61,562 nucleotides of DNA from an uncultured virus (IMG/VR IMGVR_UViG_3300034116_001553) (lineage: Duplodnaviria > Heunggongvirae > Uroviricota > Caudoviricetes): the IMG/VR virus record IMGVR_UViG_3300034116_001553. The stretch is one strand, 5' to 3'. Position 1 is the first letter of the stretch. Each line of letters starts with the position of its first letter. The notes under the pieces are model-generated. The model ran no database searches. It was not told where the DNA came from and saw nothing but the letters and a program-made list of their open reading frames with translations. A program made the position numbers and the translations under genes. This document shows positions 20,185-29,214 of this stretch, in pieces.

Positions 20185-20415
20185 TTAACCCCAGTCCTTT
20201 TTGTCACCGTATTGTTCGTTCCAGTCGTAACCGGCATTGTATTCTGCAATTTCTTCATCTGACATAGCAGTAACCTTGTCACCATTGTATGTTCCTTCAG
20301 GGAACCAGTGAGGATTACGGTCGCGATGATAGTAAGAATCGGCACTACCACGATCGTACAAGGATCCGTGGCGCTTGCGATCAAACTGTGGTAGCATTTC
20401 AAGTGTAACTGTCAT
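20185..20415 (-). CDS. Hypothetical phage protein
   Basis: AAGGAG SD; RHGSLYDRGSADSYY. Confidence 0.7.
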   Translation of the reverse strand: MTVTLEMLPQFDRKRHGSLYDRGSADSYYHRDRNPHWFPEGTYNGDKVTAMSDEEIAEYNAGYDWNEQYGDKKDWG

Positions 20416-20439
20416 AGTCTACTCCTTTAATATATGTAT

Positions 20440-20468
20440 ATTATAATAGAATTAGAATTACTGGTCAA
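20440..20468 (-). promoter_or_regulatory. Sigma70-type promoter
   Basis: TTGACC-17-TATAAT. Confidence 0.8.
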
Positions 20469-20637
20469 CTGGTGCAAACATCTTGCTACCGTTTTCCATG
20501 ACTACACGATATGCTTCCATTGTTTTTTGTGTTTGGGCAAGTGGGCTTTTTTGGATAAATTGCATCATTTCCAAAAATCCCATACCCAGAAACTCTGCAT
20601 CTTTTTGTATAACTTTAATTGCTGTGATTGTCTGCAT
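20458..20637 (-). CDS. Small hypothetical protein (59 aa)
   Basis: AGGAG SD; MQTITAIK...APVDQ*. Confidence 0.6.
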   Translation of the reverse strand: MQTITAIKVIQKDAEFLGMGFLEMMQFIQKSPLAQTQKTMEAYRVVMENGSKMFAPVDQ

Positions 20638-20666
20638 ACTGGCTCCTCTTTGTTAAACTATGCTAT

Positions 20667-20695
20667 ATTATAGCAAATTGGGAAATATCGGTCAA
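20667..20695 (-). promoter_or_regulatory. Sigma70-type promoter
   Basis: TTGACC-17-TATAAT. Confidence 0.8.
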
Positions 20696-20701
20696 CCAAA
20701 A

Positions 20702-21085
20702 TTAAACCCAGCTGTCAACCATCATAACGGGCTTCTTCATCACTCGTTTGACAAAGTCCTCGGGCTCGTCATCTGCACGGACTAGCACAAAGCCCATGCT
20801 CTCTACCAAGTCCACCTCGCATACCTGCAGGTCCACCGCGGCCGCTTCAAATGCAATGTTCATTTTGGTAAGGGCATACTTAACGCCTGCTTGGAAGGCC
20901 TCGTACTCGTTTGCGCCTGTTTCATCAAAGTCAAACTCTGTTTCCATAATGTGGGCAAACTCTTGTCCATCTGCCACGATGAACTTGTTTATCTTCTTCC
21001 AGTTGCTCTGCTTCTCACTGTCAAAGTGGTCACAGCACTCGTTAATGTCAAAACTAGCAAAGTTGTCATAGTTTACTGTAGTCAT
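20702..21085 (-). CDS. Acidic hypothetical protein
   Basis: GGGAG SD, own promoter. Confidence 0.65.
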   Translation of the reverse strand: MTTVNYDNFASFDINECCDHFDSEKQSNWKKINKFIVADGQEFAHIMETEFDFDETGANEYEAFQAGVKYALTKMNIAFEAAAVDLQVCEVDLVESMGFVLVRADDEPEDFVKRVMKKPVMMVDSWV

Positions 21086-21116
21086 TTCTCGCTCCCTTTT
21101 GTGTTAACATGTGTAT

Positions 21117-21145
21117 ATTATAGCAAATGGGCAAATTCTGGTCAA
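21117..21145 (-). promoter_or_regulatory. Sigma70-type promoter with upstream TGTKG-N8-CMACA boxes
   Basis: TTGACC-17-TATAAT; boxes at 21156-21173 and 21203-21220. Confidence 0.8.
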
Positions 21146-21231
21146 CCACAGGAATTGTGGTATTTTTGCAACAAAAAACCCTACATTTTGTAGGGTTTTG
21201 TGTGTGGGTTTAATGCAACAGTCTGTCAAAT

Positions 21232-22401
21232 CTATGCCATTAAATGACCATGTTTTTGTAGATAAAAATGACCGTTTAGCATGCCCACAAATCCATCAAA
21301 CTTGTTGTCAAAAGTATATTTTAAATATTTTTTATCAATATTTTTTTCAATATGTTCTATGCCCTTGAACCAACATTGATACTCTTTGGTATCTTTGAAC
21401 CCTTGAAAAAACCAGTCGTCCCACTCGCACCAAATTGGGCTGGATGATTTTTGAACTTGAAATGTGTCTAATTTCCAATTTGGATAGATTATACCGCGAG
21501 AAATGACTTCATAGGCTTGTCGACTTGCAAAACCAGGAGTGGGCCAGGTCAGTATAGATTTTAACATTGGATTTTGTTCAAACCATGTCATGATCATGTG
21601 CGACTGTTTAATTATAATTTCAGGCAGGTCTGGACTCCAATAAAATAATACCAACTCTGCATTATCATAGTCTTGATTATTCAGTCCACCTTGGCAATTG
21701 TTAACTAGAGTATCTAGGAAATAAACAGCATATTTGTTGTCCTTGATACACACCCGAGGTTTATCGATACCCACAACAATTGCAGTTTTTAATCCTCGGT
21801 CCAAGTTTACTAATTGTCCTTTTTCTCGAGTGTTTGAATAACGAGTTACAAAGTGAGGATTAAGATGTTCTCTAGTTGTTTTTAACCACTCTTCCCCGTC
21901 GTAGTTTTGAAAACTACTGACAGTTGCCTGCGACACATCGTAATAGGTTATTTTTGTATTGGGACTGCGAGATCGTATTTGGTCTAGTCCCATACGAGTT
22001 GTTAACTCAAATTCTGCTTCGATGTTTCTTGCATCAGTCACACCACGATTGGCAATAACAGTAGGAGTGTGTGACCTATTCCAGATGGTTACAATTTCAT
22101 CAATATGACATCCAGCATCAAAAAAAGCATCAACTAGAGTTTGGCTGTCACTCCCACCGCTATAATTTACTATAACATAGTCGTATTTTTCTCGTATCTG
22201 TCGAGCTCGAATCTTATACAGATCTAGTATACTAATCTCTGGTTCGTGTGTCCAATTAGCGGTATTCCAGACGTTATCACAAAACTGCCACTGTGGGTAG
22301 TTGTTTATTTTGGTCCCAGCAATACATGCATCTATTTTGCTTCTGTATTGCTGGTCACCAACTGTATAAAACCCAAGTTTGGGATTGATACCATTAATCA
22401 T
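21232..22401 (-). CDS. PP-loop (adenine nucleotide alpha hydrolase-like) protein
   Basis: YSGGSDS motif. Confidence 0.6.
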   Translation of the reverse strand: MINGINPKLGFYTVGDQQYRSKIDACIAGTKINNYPQWQFCDNVWNTANWTHEPEISILDLYKIRARQIREKYDYVIVNYSGGSDSQTLVDAFFDAGCHIDEIVTIWNRSHTPTVIANRGVTDARNIEAEFELTTRMGLDQIRSRSPNTKITYYDVSQATVSSFQNYDGEEWLKTTREHLNPHFVTRYSNTREKGQLVNLDRGLKTAIVVGIDKPRVCIKDNKYAVYFLDTLVNNCQGGLNNQDYDNAELVLFYWSPDLPEIIIKQSHMIMTWFEQNPMLKSILTWPTPGFASRQAYEVISRGIIYPNWKLDTFQVQKSSSPIWCEWDDWFFQGFKDTKEYQCWFKGIEHIEKNIDKKYLKYTFDNKFDGFVGMLNGHFYLQKHGHLMA

Positions 22402-23333
22402 TGAATTGGTAAATTAAGCTGTTTAGAAATAATTAAGAATTTTCTCTTCTCTTCTTTTAAGAACTCAGCTGGGGAAAAGTCTTTTGCAGGTGCCATGTAT
22501 AGAGATTTTAACTCACGTTGAACTTCTGCAGAACTGGCTACGGTCCTGACATGTTGTAAAACTTCAGGATCGGCTCCTCGATTGGCTATTAACAATGACC
22601 ATCTGTAGTATTGATGATCGTTGATTTTGAGTTCTTGAAGGGTAGGAACATTTTTAAAAGCGTCTACTCTAGCAGGACTACCCACAGCCACAGGCACTAG
22701 TTTGCCAGAGCTGATGTGCTGATCAAGCAACATTGCGGATTCGTTAAGATAAGTTAATTGGCCTCCCAAAAGATCTGCTATAGCAGGACCTTTGTACGGT
22801 ATATGAACAAAGTTTTTTTTGTCGCCAGCAACCAATGCTGATATAGTATGCCCAGCACCACCGAGCCCTGAGCTTCCGTAGTTTACCTCTCTAGTTTTGG
22901 TATAGGTCACAAAGTCCTGCCAATTCTTTATTCCAGTTTGAGAATTAACCACTATTACTGAAGGCTCTGTTCCTAGATGCGCTACAGTAACAAAATCCGT
23001 GCTTGGATCATAAGCGTTGGTGCTTGGATTTAAAATAGGCAAACTAACCAAAGAAGGTCCGGCAACCAACAGTACAGTTTCCCCTGGAGTTTTTAGCGTG
23101 GCCATGTGAGCGTGGGCAATCCCGCCACCTGCTCCCAGTTTGTATTCAATTTGAACTCGATATCGATTTTTGTCAATAGCTGACTCAATCACACGAGCAA
23201 CACGGTCAGCACTTCCGCCTGCGGAGTACTGCACCATAATTTTGATTTCTTTGGGCGGCTGGTTAGCCATGCTGGACATTGAAAGTGCGCACAGCAATAA
23301 ACCAAAACAAAATGATAATGATTTTTTAATCAT
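22398..23333 (-). CDS. Bug/TctC tripartite tricarboxylate transporter substrate-binding protein
   Basis: Signal peptide, YSAGGSADRVAR, GAGG, YGSSGLG, HIPYKG, VPTLQE; start at ATG 23333. Confidence 0.85.
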   Translation of the reverse strand: MIKKSLSFCFGLLLCALSMSSMANQPPKEIKIMVQYSAGGSADRVARVIESAIDKNRYRVQIEYKLGAGGGIAHAHMATLKTPGETVLLVAGPSLVSLPILNPSTNAYDPSTDFVTVAHLGTEPSVIVVNSQTGIKNWQDFVTYTKTREVNYGSSGLGGAGHTISALVAGDKKNFVHIPYKGPAIADLLGGQLTYLNESAMLLDQHISSGKLVPVAVGSPARVDAFKNVPTLQELKINDHQYYRWSLLIANRGADPEVLQHVRTVASSAEVQRELKSLYMAPAKDFSPAEFLKEEKRKFLIISKQLNLPIQ

Positions 23334-23503
23334 GTAATATTTCCTTAAAAAGTTGAATTGTAATGCTTGTGAAAGAATTCCACTTACAGTAGGCGTTCTG
23401 TTATAGTATAACAGTAAAGACATCACTATGTCAAGCGTCGATTTGATCTGACGTCGGCCCTGCCGGCGTTGCAAAATTATTTATAAACTGAAATAACCTG
23501 GTC

Positions 23504-23532
23504 AAAAAAAAGCCCACTTCGGTGGGCTTTTT
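23504..23532. terminator. Bidirectional intrinsic terminator
   Basis: AAAAAAAGCCCAC-TTCG-GTGGGCTTTTT. Confidence 0.85.
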
Positions 23533-23535
23533 AAT

Positions 23536-24435
23536 TTAAGCTACAAACGGAGTGTATTCAATACCTGTTGTGGCCAAGCCAACTAGGCCAATAGTGGTTT
23601 CAAACGCTGCCAACTCACTGGCAGCAACTAGTACATCGGCTTGACTCAACTTGCTGTTAGTCATCCATGCTGTATAGTCTGTGACCTGTGCCAATGTAGC
23701 ATCTGTACCGAACACATTTTTGTAAACGTGCTTGATGAATGTTTCATCGCTAATGCCACCCGCATCTGCTTTGTAAACTGAAGTATTCAACAGGACTTCT
23801 GCCAACTGCTTGTTGGTCCATCCTGCGTCGGCAAGATGAATACCAATACCTTTGTATGCGTTGGTTACATCTGCTGTGCCCAATGCGGCAGCTAACAAAG
23901 CGTATACATCACCTGCACGACCCGCGGCATCATAAGCAACGGCTTTGTCTGTGAACACCACACGCTCATGGTCAGCAAGATTGAATTCCATGTTGCTGAC
24001 TAATGTGCTGGCCAAAGTGACTTTAGCGGCAGTTTTGGTTGTTGTGAACTCAGTGCTTTTACCGCCCATTGCGTAGGTGTCAATGCCAGCGGTACCAGTA
24101 ACATCAACAACAACGTCAACTGTGCCATCACCAACACGGCCGGTACCTACTACACCGAATGTAGCAACTTTGCCAGCAGTACCAACTGTGGCAACTGTGA
24201 CGATCAAGTTGTTTGTACTTGTACCGCCCAACGCTGTACCCGCAAGAGTGATTGTGTCACCTGCCGCATAACCTGAGCCTGCACTGGCTACCAAGCTGTC
24301 AAGAACAACGGAGTATACTCCATCAGTTTTAGTAACATCAAACGCGGCGCCAGTGCCTGTACCGCCTGTTAGGCCTGTAACATTTTGGTAAGTGGCATTA
24401 ACTGCTTTGTCTTTGATTGTAATTGTTGTAGTCAT
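23536..24435 (-). CDS. Thr/Gly/Ala-rich surface protein with DUF4214-like (S-layer-like) C-terminus
   Basis: ERVVFTDKAVAYD, DETFIKHVYKNVFG. Confidence 0.6.
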   Translation of the reverse strand: MTTTITIKDKAVNATYQNVTGLTGGTGTGAAFDVTKTDGVYSVVLDSLVASAGSGYAAGDTITLAGTALGGTSTNNLIVTVATVGTAGKVATFGVVGTGRVGDGTVDVVVDVTGTAGIDTYAMGGKSTEFTTTKTAAKVTLASTLVSNMEFNLADHERVVFTDKAVAYDAAGRAGDVYALLAAALGTADVTNAYKGIGIHLADAGWTNKQLAEVLLNTSVYKADAGGISDETFIKHVYKNVFGTDATLAQVTDYTAWMTNSKLSQADVLVAASELAAFETTIGLVGLATTGIEYTPFVA

Positions 24436-24558
24436 AATATTCCTTTAAATTAACTAGTGTAGTATATAGTGTTTCTACTGATGCAGTCAACAAGAAATCA
24501 ACTGAACTTGTGCGTACACGCACAAGTTTGTCACGGAAAATAAGTTTTTTGCCAAACA

Positions 24559-24792
24559 TTATCCAACATAATATTTGTATAACATACCAGCTGTGTAAAT
24601 GGTTAGCAATACACTATTGGATGTGATCATTGACTTGTGACGCATTTGTATGCTAACAGCCAACCACAACCCGGTTTCTAAAAAACACATGATTGCACCC
24701 AGTGGATAAAAGTCTAAAGACACGCAGACCGCACCAGCAATTGAAATTGTGGTAGCAGTCCATTCGATTATTGCTTGTCTATTTAACTTCAT
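24559..24792 (-). CDS. Small membrane protein
   Basis: Three hydrophobic segments; TTGACT-18-TATACT promoter at 24801-24830. Confidence 0.55.
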   Translation of the reverse strand: MKLNRQAIIEWTATTISIAGAVCVSLDFYPLGAIMCFLETGLWLAVSIQMRHKSMITSNSVLLTIYTAGMLYKYYVG

Positions 24793-24831
24793 ACTCAACT
24801 AGTATAACATAGACAAGAATGCACAGTCAAG

Positions 24832-24856
24832 AAAAAGCCCACCAATTAGTGGGCTT
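24832..24856 (-). terminator. Intrinsic terminator
   Basis: AAGCCCAC/GTGGGCTT stem plus T-run. Confidence 0.8.
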
Positions 24857-24878
24857 GTTTAATCTAATCTACTAGAAA

Positions 24879-25433
24879 TTAGAAACTGCGTGTGTAGAAC
24901 ATATTGTAACCATTCTGACGTGAATCACCGGTGATTCTATCAAATCTAAAACCCACAGCATCCTTTTTGTTGATTGCATATGCTACGCCAGCACGTACTG
25001 TATTAGTAGTGTCTTTGTTTACATTGGCATTGTCTGTGGCTGTGCGATAACGGTAAGCAACTCTAGCTGTTAGACTAGGAGTTAAAGGAACAGCAATACC
25101 AGGCTCAATAGAGTAGTATGTAAACTGACCGCTAGTGCCATATCTTTGGCCTAGTGCTACTTTGGTATAACCTTTGACAGAACCAAACAATGGAGTAGTT
25201 GCAGTACCACCGACTTCTAAGCGTGTGCTAACTGAATTTGTGTTATCAGTCTGACTAGATGCAAGTTGCGTGTGAACACTGAATGTGTTGTTGATACTTT
25301 CACTCAATGTAAAGTTAGTGCCCATTTGGTCGTTACCGCCAATGGTGTCGCCTTTTCCGCCTTCAATTGTAATTGAACCAGCAAACGCTGTGCTACTGAT
25401 CGCAATAGAAATAATTGCTAAAATTTTCTTCAT
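24879..25433 (-). CDS. Outer-membrane beta-barrel (porin-like) protein
   Basis: Signal peptide ending AFA, alternating beta strands, C-terminal YTRSF beta-signal. Confidence 0.75.
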   Translation of the reverse strand: MKKILAIISIAISSTAFAGSITIEGGKGDTIGGNDQMGTNFTLSESINNTFSVHTQLASSQTDNTNSVSTRLEVGGTATTPLFGSVKGYTKVALGQRYGTSGQFTYYSIEPGIAVPLTPSLTARVAYRYRTATDNANVNKDTTNTVRAGVAYAINKKDAVGFRFDRITGDSRQNGYNMFYTRSF

Positions 25434-25532
25434 TTTTGTTTTCCTTAAAAAGAGAATGAGCTTTAAATCATTCGCTACTATGTATTAGAGTTTGTGGTAA
25501 CATCAATTAAAATTTGGGGTATTTTGGTCAAA

Positions 25533-25554
25533 AGAAAACCCGCCGAAGCGGGTC
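25533..25554 (-). terminator. Terminator of the tmRNA transcript
   Basis: ACCCGC-TTCG-GCGGGT then TTTCTTTT. Confidence 0.8.
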
Positions 25555-25556
25555 TC

Positions 25557-25905
25557 TGAGTTTCTGTTACGAGGTATGTCTTACCCTAGACGGCTTTTAT
25601 CAAGCTGCCAATGCGAACTGTGAGTCGTTTGCGTTTACTTTTTTTGCTTCTACAACCGGGTTACCCCTGTCCTACGGCTTCTGCATTGCCGAGCTGTCCA
25701 CTAATTTACTTGTTGCCCTGTCGAATCTAGGTCAGGCCCATCAAAAAGACTTTTTATAATCCAAAACATATAGTTGACTACAACTAAGATGCCCCACATA
25801 TAAACCCAATGCCAATTCTCAAACATAAAAATCCTTTTGGTGGACCTGGGGGGATTCGCACCCCCGTCCAGAACACTTTTCTCTTTGCTTCATACAGCAA
25901 TAACT
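25557..25905 (-). ncRNA. ssrA: Circularly permuted (two-piece) tmRNA
   Basis: Acceptor piece ends GGGGG-TGCGAAT-CCCCC-CAGGTCC-ACCA at 25838. Coding piece starts GGGCCTG at 25739 (G3:U70). Tag ANDSQFALAA* at 25632-25600. Outer ends approximate. Confidence 0.92.
25701..25826 (-). CDS. Putative 41-aa membrane peptide in the tmRNA intervening segment
   Basis: AAGGA SD; MFENWHWVYMWGILVVVNYMFWIIKSLFDGPDLDSTGQQVN*. Confidence 0.45.
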   Translation of the reverse strand: MFENWHWVYMWGILVVVNYMFWIIKSLFDGPDLDSTGQQVN

Positions 25906-25917
25906 CTTACTTATTGA

Positions 25918-26355
25918 TTATACGTCAACAGTTTTATTGACTGTTACTCCTGATTTCTCTAAAAACTTTATGCCTGAATCATCTCGGTATGCTTTGCCAT
26001 AAAATACTCTGCGTATGCCGGATTGATAAATCAGTTTGGCACATTCAATGCACGGAGCATGAGTAACAAACAAATCAGCACCGTCTCCGCTTTCTGTGCT
26101 CTTGGCTAATTTTGCAATGGCGTTGGTTTCTGCGTGAAGTACTTCTGGCTTTGTTTTCAATTCATAATCACCAGTTTTATCCCAAATCTCATCTTCACAG
26201 TTGTTATCCCAACCAGCAGGCATGCCATTGTAGCCAATACTGATAATTCTATCATCCTTGACCACAATAGCACCCACATGTAATCTACGAGCATGGCTGA
26301 GTTCTGCAAATGTTTTAGCAACATCCATGTAGGCTTGAATAAATTTTTCTTTCAT
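25918..26355 (-). CDS. dCMP deaminase
   Basis: GYNG, HAETNA, PCIEC; start at 26355. Confidence 0.93.
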   Translation of the reverse strand: MKEKFIQAYMDVAKTFAELSHARRLHVGAIVVKDDRIISIGYNGMPAGWDNNCEDEIWDKTGDYELKTKPEVLHAETNAIAKLAKSTESGDGADLFVTHAPCIECAKLIYQSGIRRVFYGKAYRDDSGIKFLEKSGVTVNKTVDV

Positions 26356-26356
26356 A

Positions 26357-26947
26357 TTAGTCCACACTTGGTCCGTTGCCGTTTTTAAAACCAACTACAC
26401 CGCCTTCTGCCTCAATGCGTTTGATCACATCTTCAAACAAGATAGGTGTAAAGTCTGTTTGTTCCACGCATACACAATGATAGCGAACGTCGACTACAGG
26501 GATGCCATACTTGCCCACAGGTTCCATCATCACACGATTGGCATGAAGGTGACCATGTATGTTGACACCAAATCTGCCCAGGCTTGCTGTATGGATAGGG
26601 ATATGACTCAATATCATTCCGTTCATCACATGGTATGCCCGAAGTTCACGAAAGTACTCTCTGTATTCGTCATCGCGGAAGATATCATGGTTTCCACGGA
26701 TCAACACCTTGTCTCCGTTTAATCGATGTAATGTCTTTAATGCTCGACGATTGATAACAACATCGCCCAGGTGATACACCTTGTCACTGGGACGCACACG
26801 GTCGTTCCAACGTCGGATCATTTCCTCATCCATTTCGTCAGCATCATCCCAGGGACGAAGTTTTGTAACTCCGTCATCTCGTGTGAAGCGGCAGACACCC
26901 ATGTGACCAAAGTGCGTGTCGCTGACTAAAAATACACTAGGCATCAT
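26357..26947 (-). CDS. Calcineurin-like metallophosphoesterase
   Basis: SDTHFGH, LGD, GNHD, HGHLH. Confidence 0.9.
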   Translation of the reverse strand: MMPSVFLVSDTHFGHMGVCRFTRDDGVTKLRPWDDADEMDEEMIRRWNDRVRPSDKVYHLGDVVINRRALKTLHRLNGDKVLIRGNHDIFRDDEYREYFRELRAYHVMNGMILSHIPIHTASLGRFGVNIHGHLHANRVMMEPVGKYGIPVVDVRYHCVCVEQTDFTPILFEDVIKRIEAEGGVVGFKNGNGPSVD

Positions 26948-26968
26948 GCCCTCCTTTCTTTAACTTAA

Positions 26969-26997
26969 ATTATACAATTGTTTGAGTTACCAGTCAA
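26969..26997 (-). promoter_or_regulatory. Sigma70-type promoter
   Basis: TTGACT-17-TATAAT. Confidence 0.75.
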
Positions 26998-27014
26998 CTG
27001 TTTTTGTAATAAAA

Positions 27015-27216
27015 AATAGTTAAAGGCACTACCCTGTGTTTAAAGCATTAGGTTTTATCAACGGTATCAGCGTTGCCGTAACACTCCCATCAGCATGTTC
27101 AACCAAGTGCCACTTGGCTCGGCCAGTATATCGGCTACAGTAGGCTATGGGTGATCACTTCCCTGGTAGTTAGGATCTGCTGGCTAGGCTTTCTTTCGCT
27201 CACGCCTTTAACTATT
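27015..27216 (-). ncRNA. Unidentified structured RNA (~200 nt)
   Basis: 13-bp terminal inverted repeat AATAGTTAAAGGC/GCCTTTAACTATT, internal hairpins, no long ORF. Confidence 0.55.
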
Positions 27217-27219
27217 GCA

Positions 27220-27468
27220 TTAAAAAACTTTGTCTGAACGTCTGGGTCGACGGTCGGGATTTTTCACTTCTGTAGGTTTTAACAAATACTCTCTACCCAC
27301 ATGTCCTGTTTCAATTTCCTTAAGAGCAGTAACCAATGCTCCATTTGTGGAAGCAATGTGAGAGCGATAGCCGTTGCGAAGTTCTCTAACTCTGCGACTT
27401 GCAATTAGCACAAGATCAAATCGATTACCAACTTGTTCTACTGCATCTTCTGATGTAATTCTTGCCAT
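27220..27468 (-). CDS. rpoZ: RNA polymerase omega subunit
   Basis: MARITSEDAVEQVGNRFDLVLIASRRVREL..ALKEI. Confidence 0.9.
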   Translation of the reverse strand: MARITSEDAVEQVGNRFDLVLIASRRVRELRNGYRSHIASTNGALVTALKEIETGHVGREYLLKPTEVKNPDRRPRRSDKVF

Positions 27469-27476
27469 GTTAATCC

Positions 27477-28652
27477 TTAAATGTATTTTTGATGTAGGCG
27501 TTGCGAGTCATCGCCTAAGTCTTTTATTAATTTAGCATTGTAATAAAAGTGTTCTGTGTGATTGTTGTAATAGTTTTTTAAATCATTAATGCTGTGATCT
27601 GCAATTAACTTTTTAACTGATTGCATTGCCAATGATACCCTTTCGTGAAAATCACGCACTCCTTGATATCTGTAATCAATCAAGTCATGCGGGAACCAAA
27701 ATCCTTGTGCTTCTAAATTACTTACTGCATTATAACAAAGAGGTATAGCTACCAAATGATGCCAAAAAGCTCTCATAGTTTTCTCTGTGAATTCTTGATG
27801 TAAATCATTGTTTTTTGTTTCTCTGATCACCGAAGCAAAGCAACAGCGGTTGTTATTCCATGTAAAACTATCAACAAAACAAAATTGCTGAACTCTTTTT
27901 TTAATTGCAGTATTGTTGTTGATATTTTTTATTTTAACCTCACCATCGCTGTTGACTTTTGTGTCATACAATGATGATATTAAATCAATAGTGTCCTGAC
28001 TTTTAAAATAAGTGATTTGTTCTGCATAGTCTAATAGCAGTTGTTTTGATGGTAATTTATACAGACTATCAAATAAACAATAATCTAAAAACTCCAATAC
28101 TCGCATGGCAATGTATGATCTATCATTGTAGTGTTTTGTACCACCTGCCCAGTAACTAAAATGATATTGCATCATTTTATTTTTTTCAGAGACTATGTCT
28201 GGATGACTAACAAATTCACTCGGGCTAAAACAAGTACGATAAGCACACTCGCAATAGGCCCAAGACAACTCAACAATTAAAAAAGATTTTTCGTGATAAA
28301 TGCTACACCATTCTTTCCACCATTCTTTCATTCCCAAACTCTGACCTAACACCACAGTGATGTTTTCTATATCAGCACATTTTGTGCGTAACCACTGATG
28401 CAGATAAACCATTAACTCTTCGCTGATGTATTCTTGGTACAATATAGCCACAGGCTGTGCAAAACTTGTACCAAAATCAAAATGTTGTGTTAATGTATCA
28501 AGTGTAGAAAAAACAAACTGTTTTAATTCAGCCGAATTTAACGTATCAGTGTTGGATATCAAATCATCGCCAATTCTACAGACTATTTTGTAATCTGTTG
28601 GTTGTTGACTTGTTCTAATGTACCTAACAACATCTTCGTTGGTGATGTTCAT
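27477..28652 (-). CDS. TEKT-motif glycosyltransferase-like paralog
   Basis: IRET..EFTEKTMRA..GFWF..DYRY. Confidence 0.45.
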   Translation of the reverse strand: MNITNEDVVRYIRTSQQPTDYKIVCRIGDDLISNTDTLNSAELKQFVFSTLDTLTQHFDFGTSFAQPVAILYQEYISEELMVYLHQWLRTKCADIENITVVLGQSLGMKEWWKEWCSIYHEKSFLIVELSWAYCECAYRTCFSPSEFVSHPDIVSEKNKMMQYHFSYWAGGTKHYNDRSYIAMRVLEFLDYCLFDSLYKLPSKQLLLDYAEQITYFKSQDTIDLISSLYDTKVNSDGEVKIKNINNNTAIKKRVQQFCFVDSFTWNNNRCCFASVIRETKNNDLHQEFTEKTMRAFWHHLVAIPLCYNAVSNLEAQGFWFPHDLIDYRYQGVRDFHERVSLAMQSVKKLIADHSINDLKNYYNNHTEHFYYNAKLIKDLGDDSQRLHQKYI

Positions 28653-29083
28653 GGGTATTCGTAATTGATAGTCAAATTGTTAATTCTAAAAGTGTTTGCA
28701 CCGTTTTTAATATGGAATTTTTTAGCCATTTCTGTGGGAGGACTCAGAGTAACAAATCTTTTAATATTGGGTTTGTTTTCTCTTATGTGTTTGACTGCGT
28801 CTAGAATAAGTTCACGACCTGCACCGGGTGCATAACTCCAAATAGTATAAAAAACTACTACACTAGGATCAGTAACTGGTTCAAATAATTCGCTTTCATC
28901 AAGCGGGATAATGTTTTGATAGCTAGCACAAGTGATAGCTTTGGCTTTACCATTTTCATCACGAAGCACAAATATATCTCTGTTTGTGCCTATGCGACTA
29001 CTAGTAGGGATGTGAGGGCGAACTGGATCTTCTTTGAGCAGTTCAATGATGTTATCTGTGAATGATTGGACAAAGTGTAGCAT
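28649..29083 (-). CDS. Hypothetical protein, possibly GNAT-like fold
   Basis: FYTIWSYAPGAGRELI, AKKFHIKNGA; start at 29083. Confidence 0.55.
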   Translation of the reverse strand: MLHFVQSFTDNIIELLKEDPVRPHIPTSSRIGTNRDIFVLRDENGKAKAITCASYQNIIPLDESELFEPVTDPSVVVFYTIWSYAPGAGRELILDAVKHIRENKPNIKRFVTLSPPTEMAKKFHIKNGANTFRINNLTINYEYP

Positions 29084-29136
29084 GGTAACCTTATATATGA
29101 CGTTATGTGTGTATTTAATATTAAAGACTAATATAA

Positions 29137-29211
29137 TGGCCGGCCCTGAGAGGATCGAACTCCCACCTCCAGGTTCGAAGCCTGGAATGATATCCATTTC
29201 ACCAAGGGCCG
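29137..29211 (-). tRNA. tRNA-Arg(TCG)
   Basis: Cloverleaf, loop CTTCGAA, CCA. Confidence 0.92.
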
Positions 29212-29214
29212 ATA

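Noticed and set aside
22398..23474. Long N-terminal extensions in the ORF track (also 4840, 18547, 29197, 44187, 48425, 49126, 55888)
   Set aside because: Extensions overlap promoters, tRNAs or other genes; downstream starts have SD sites or coupling overlaps.
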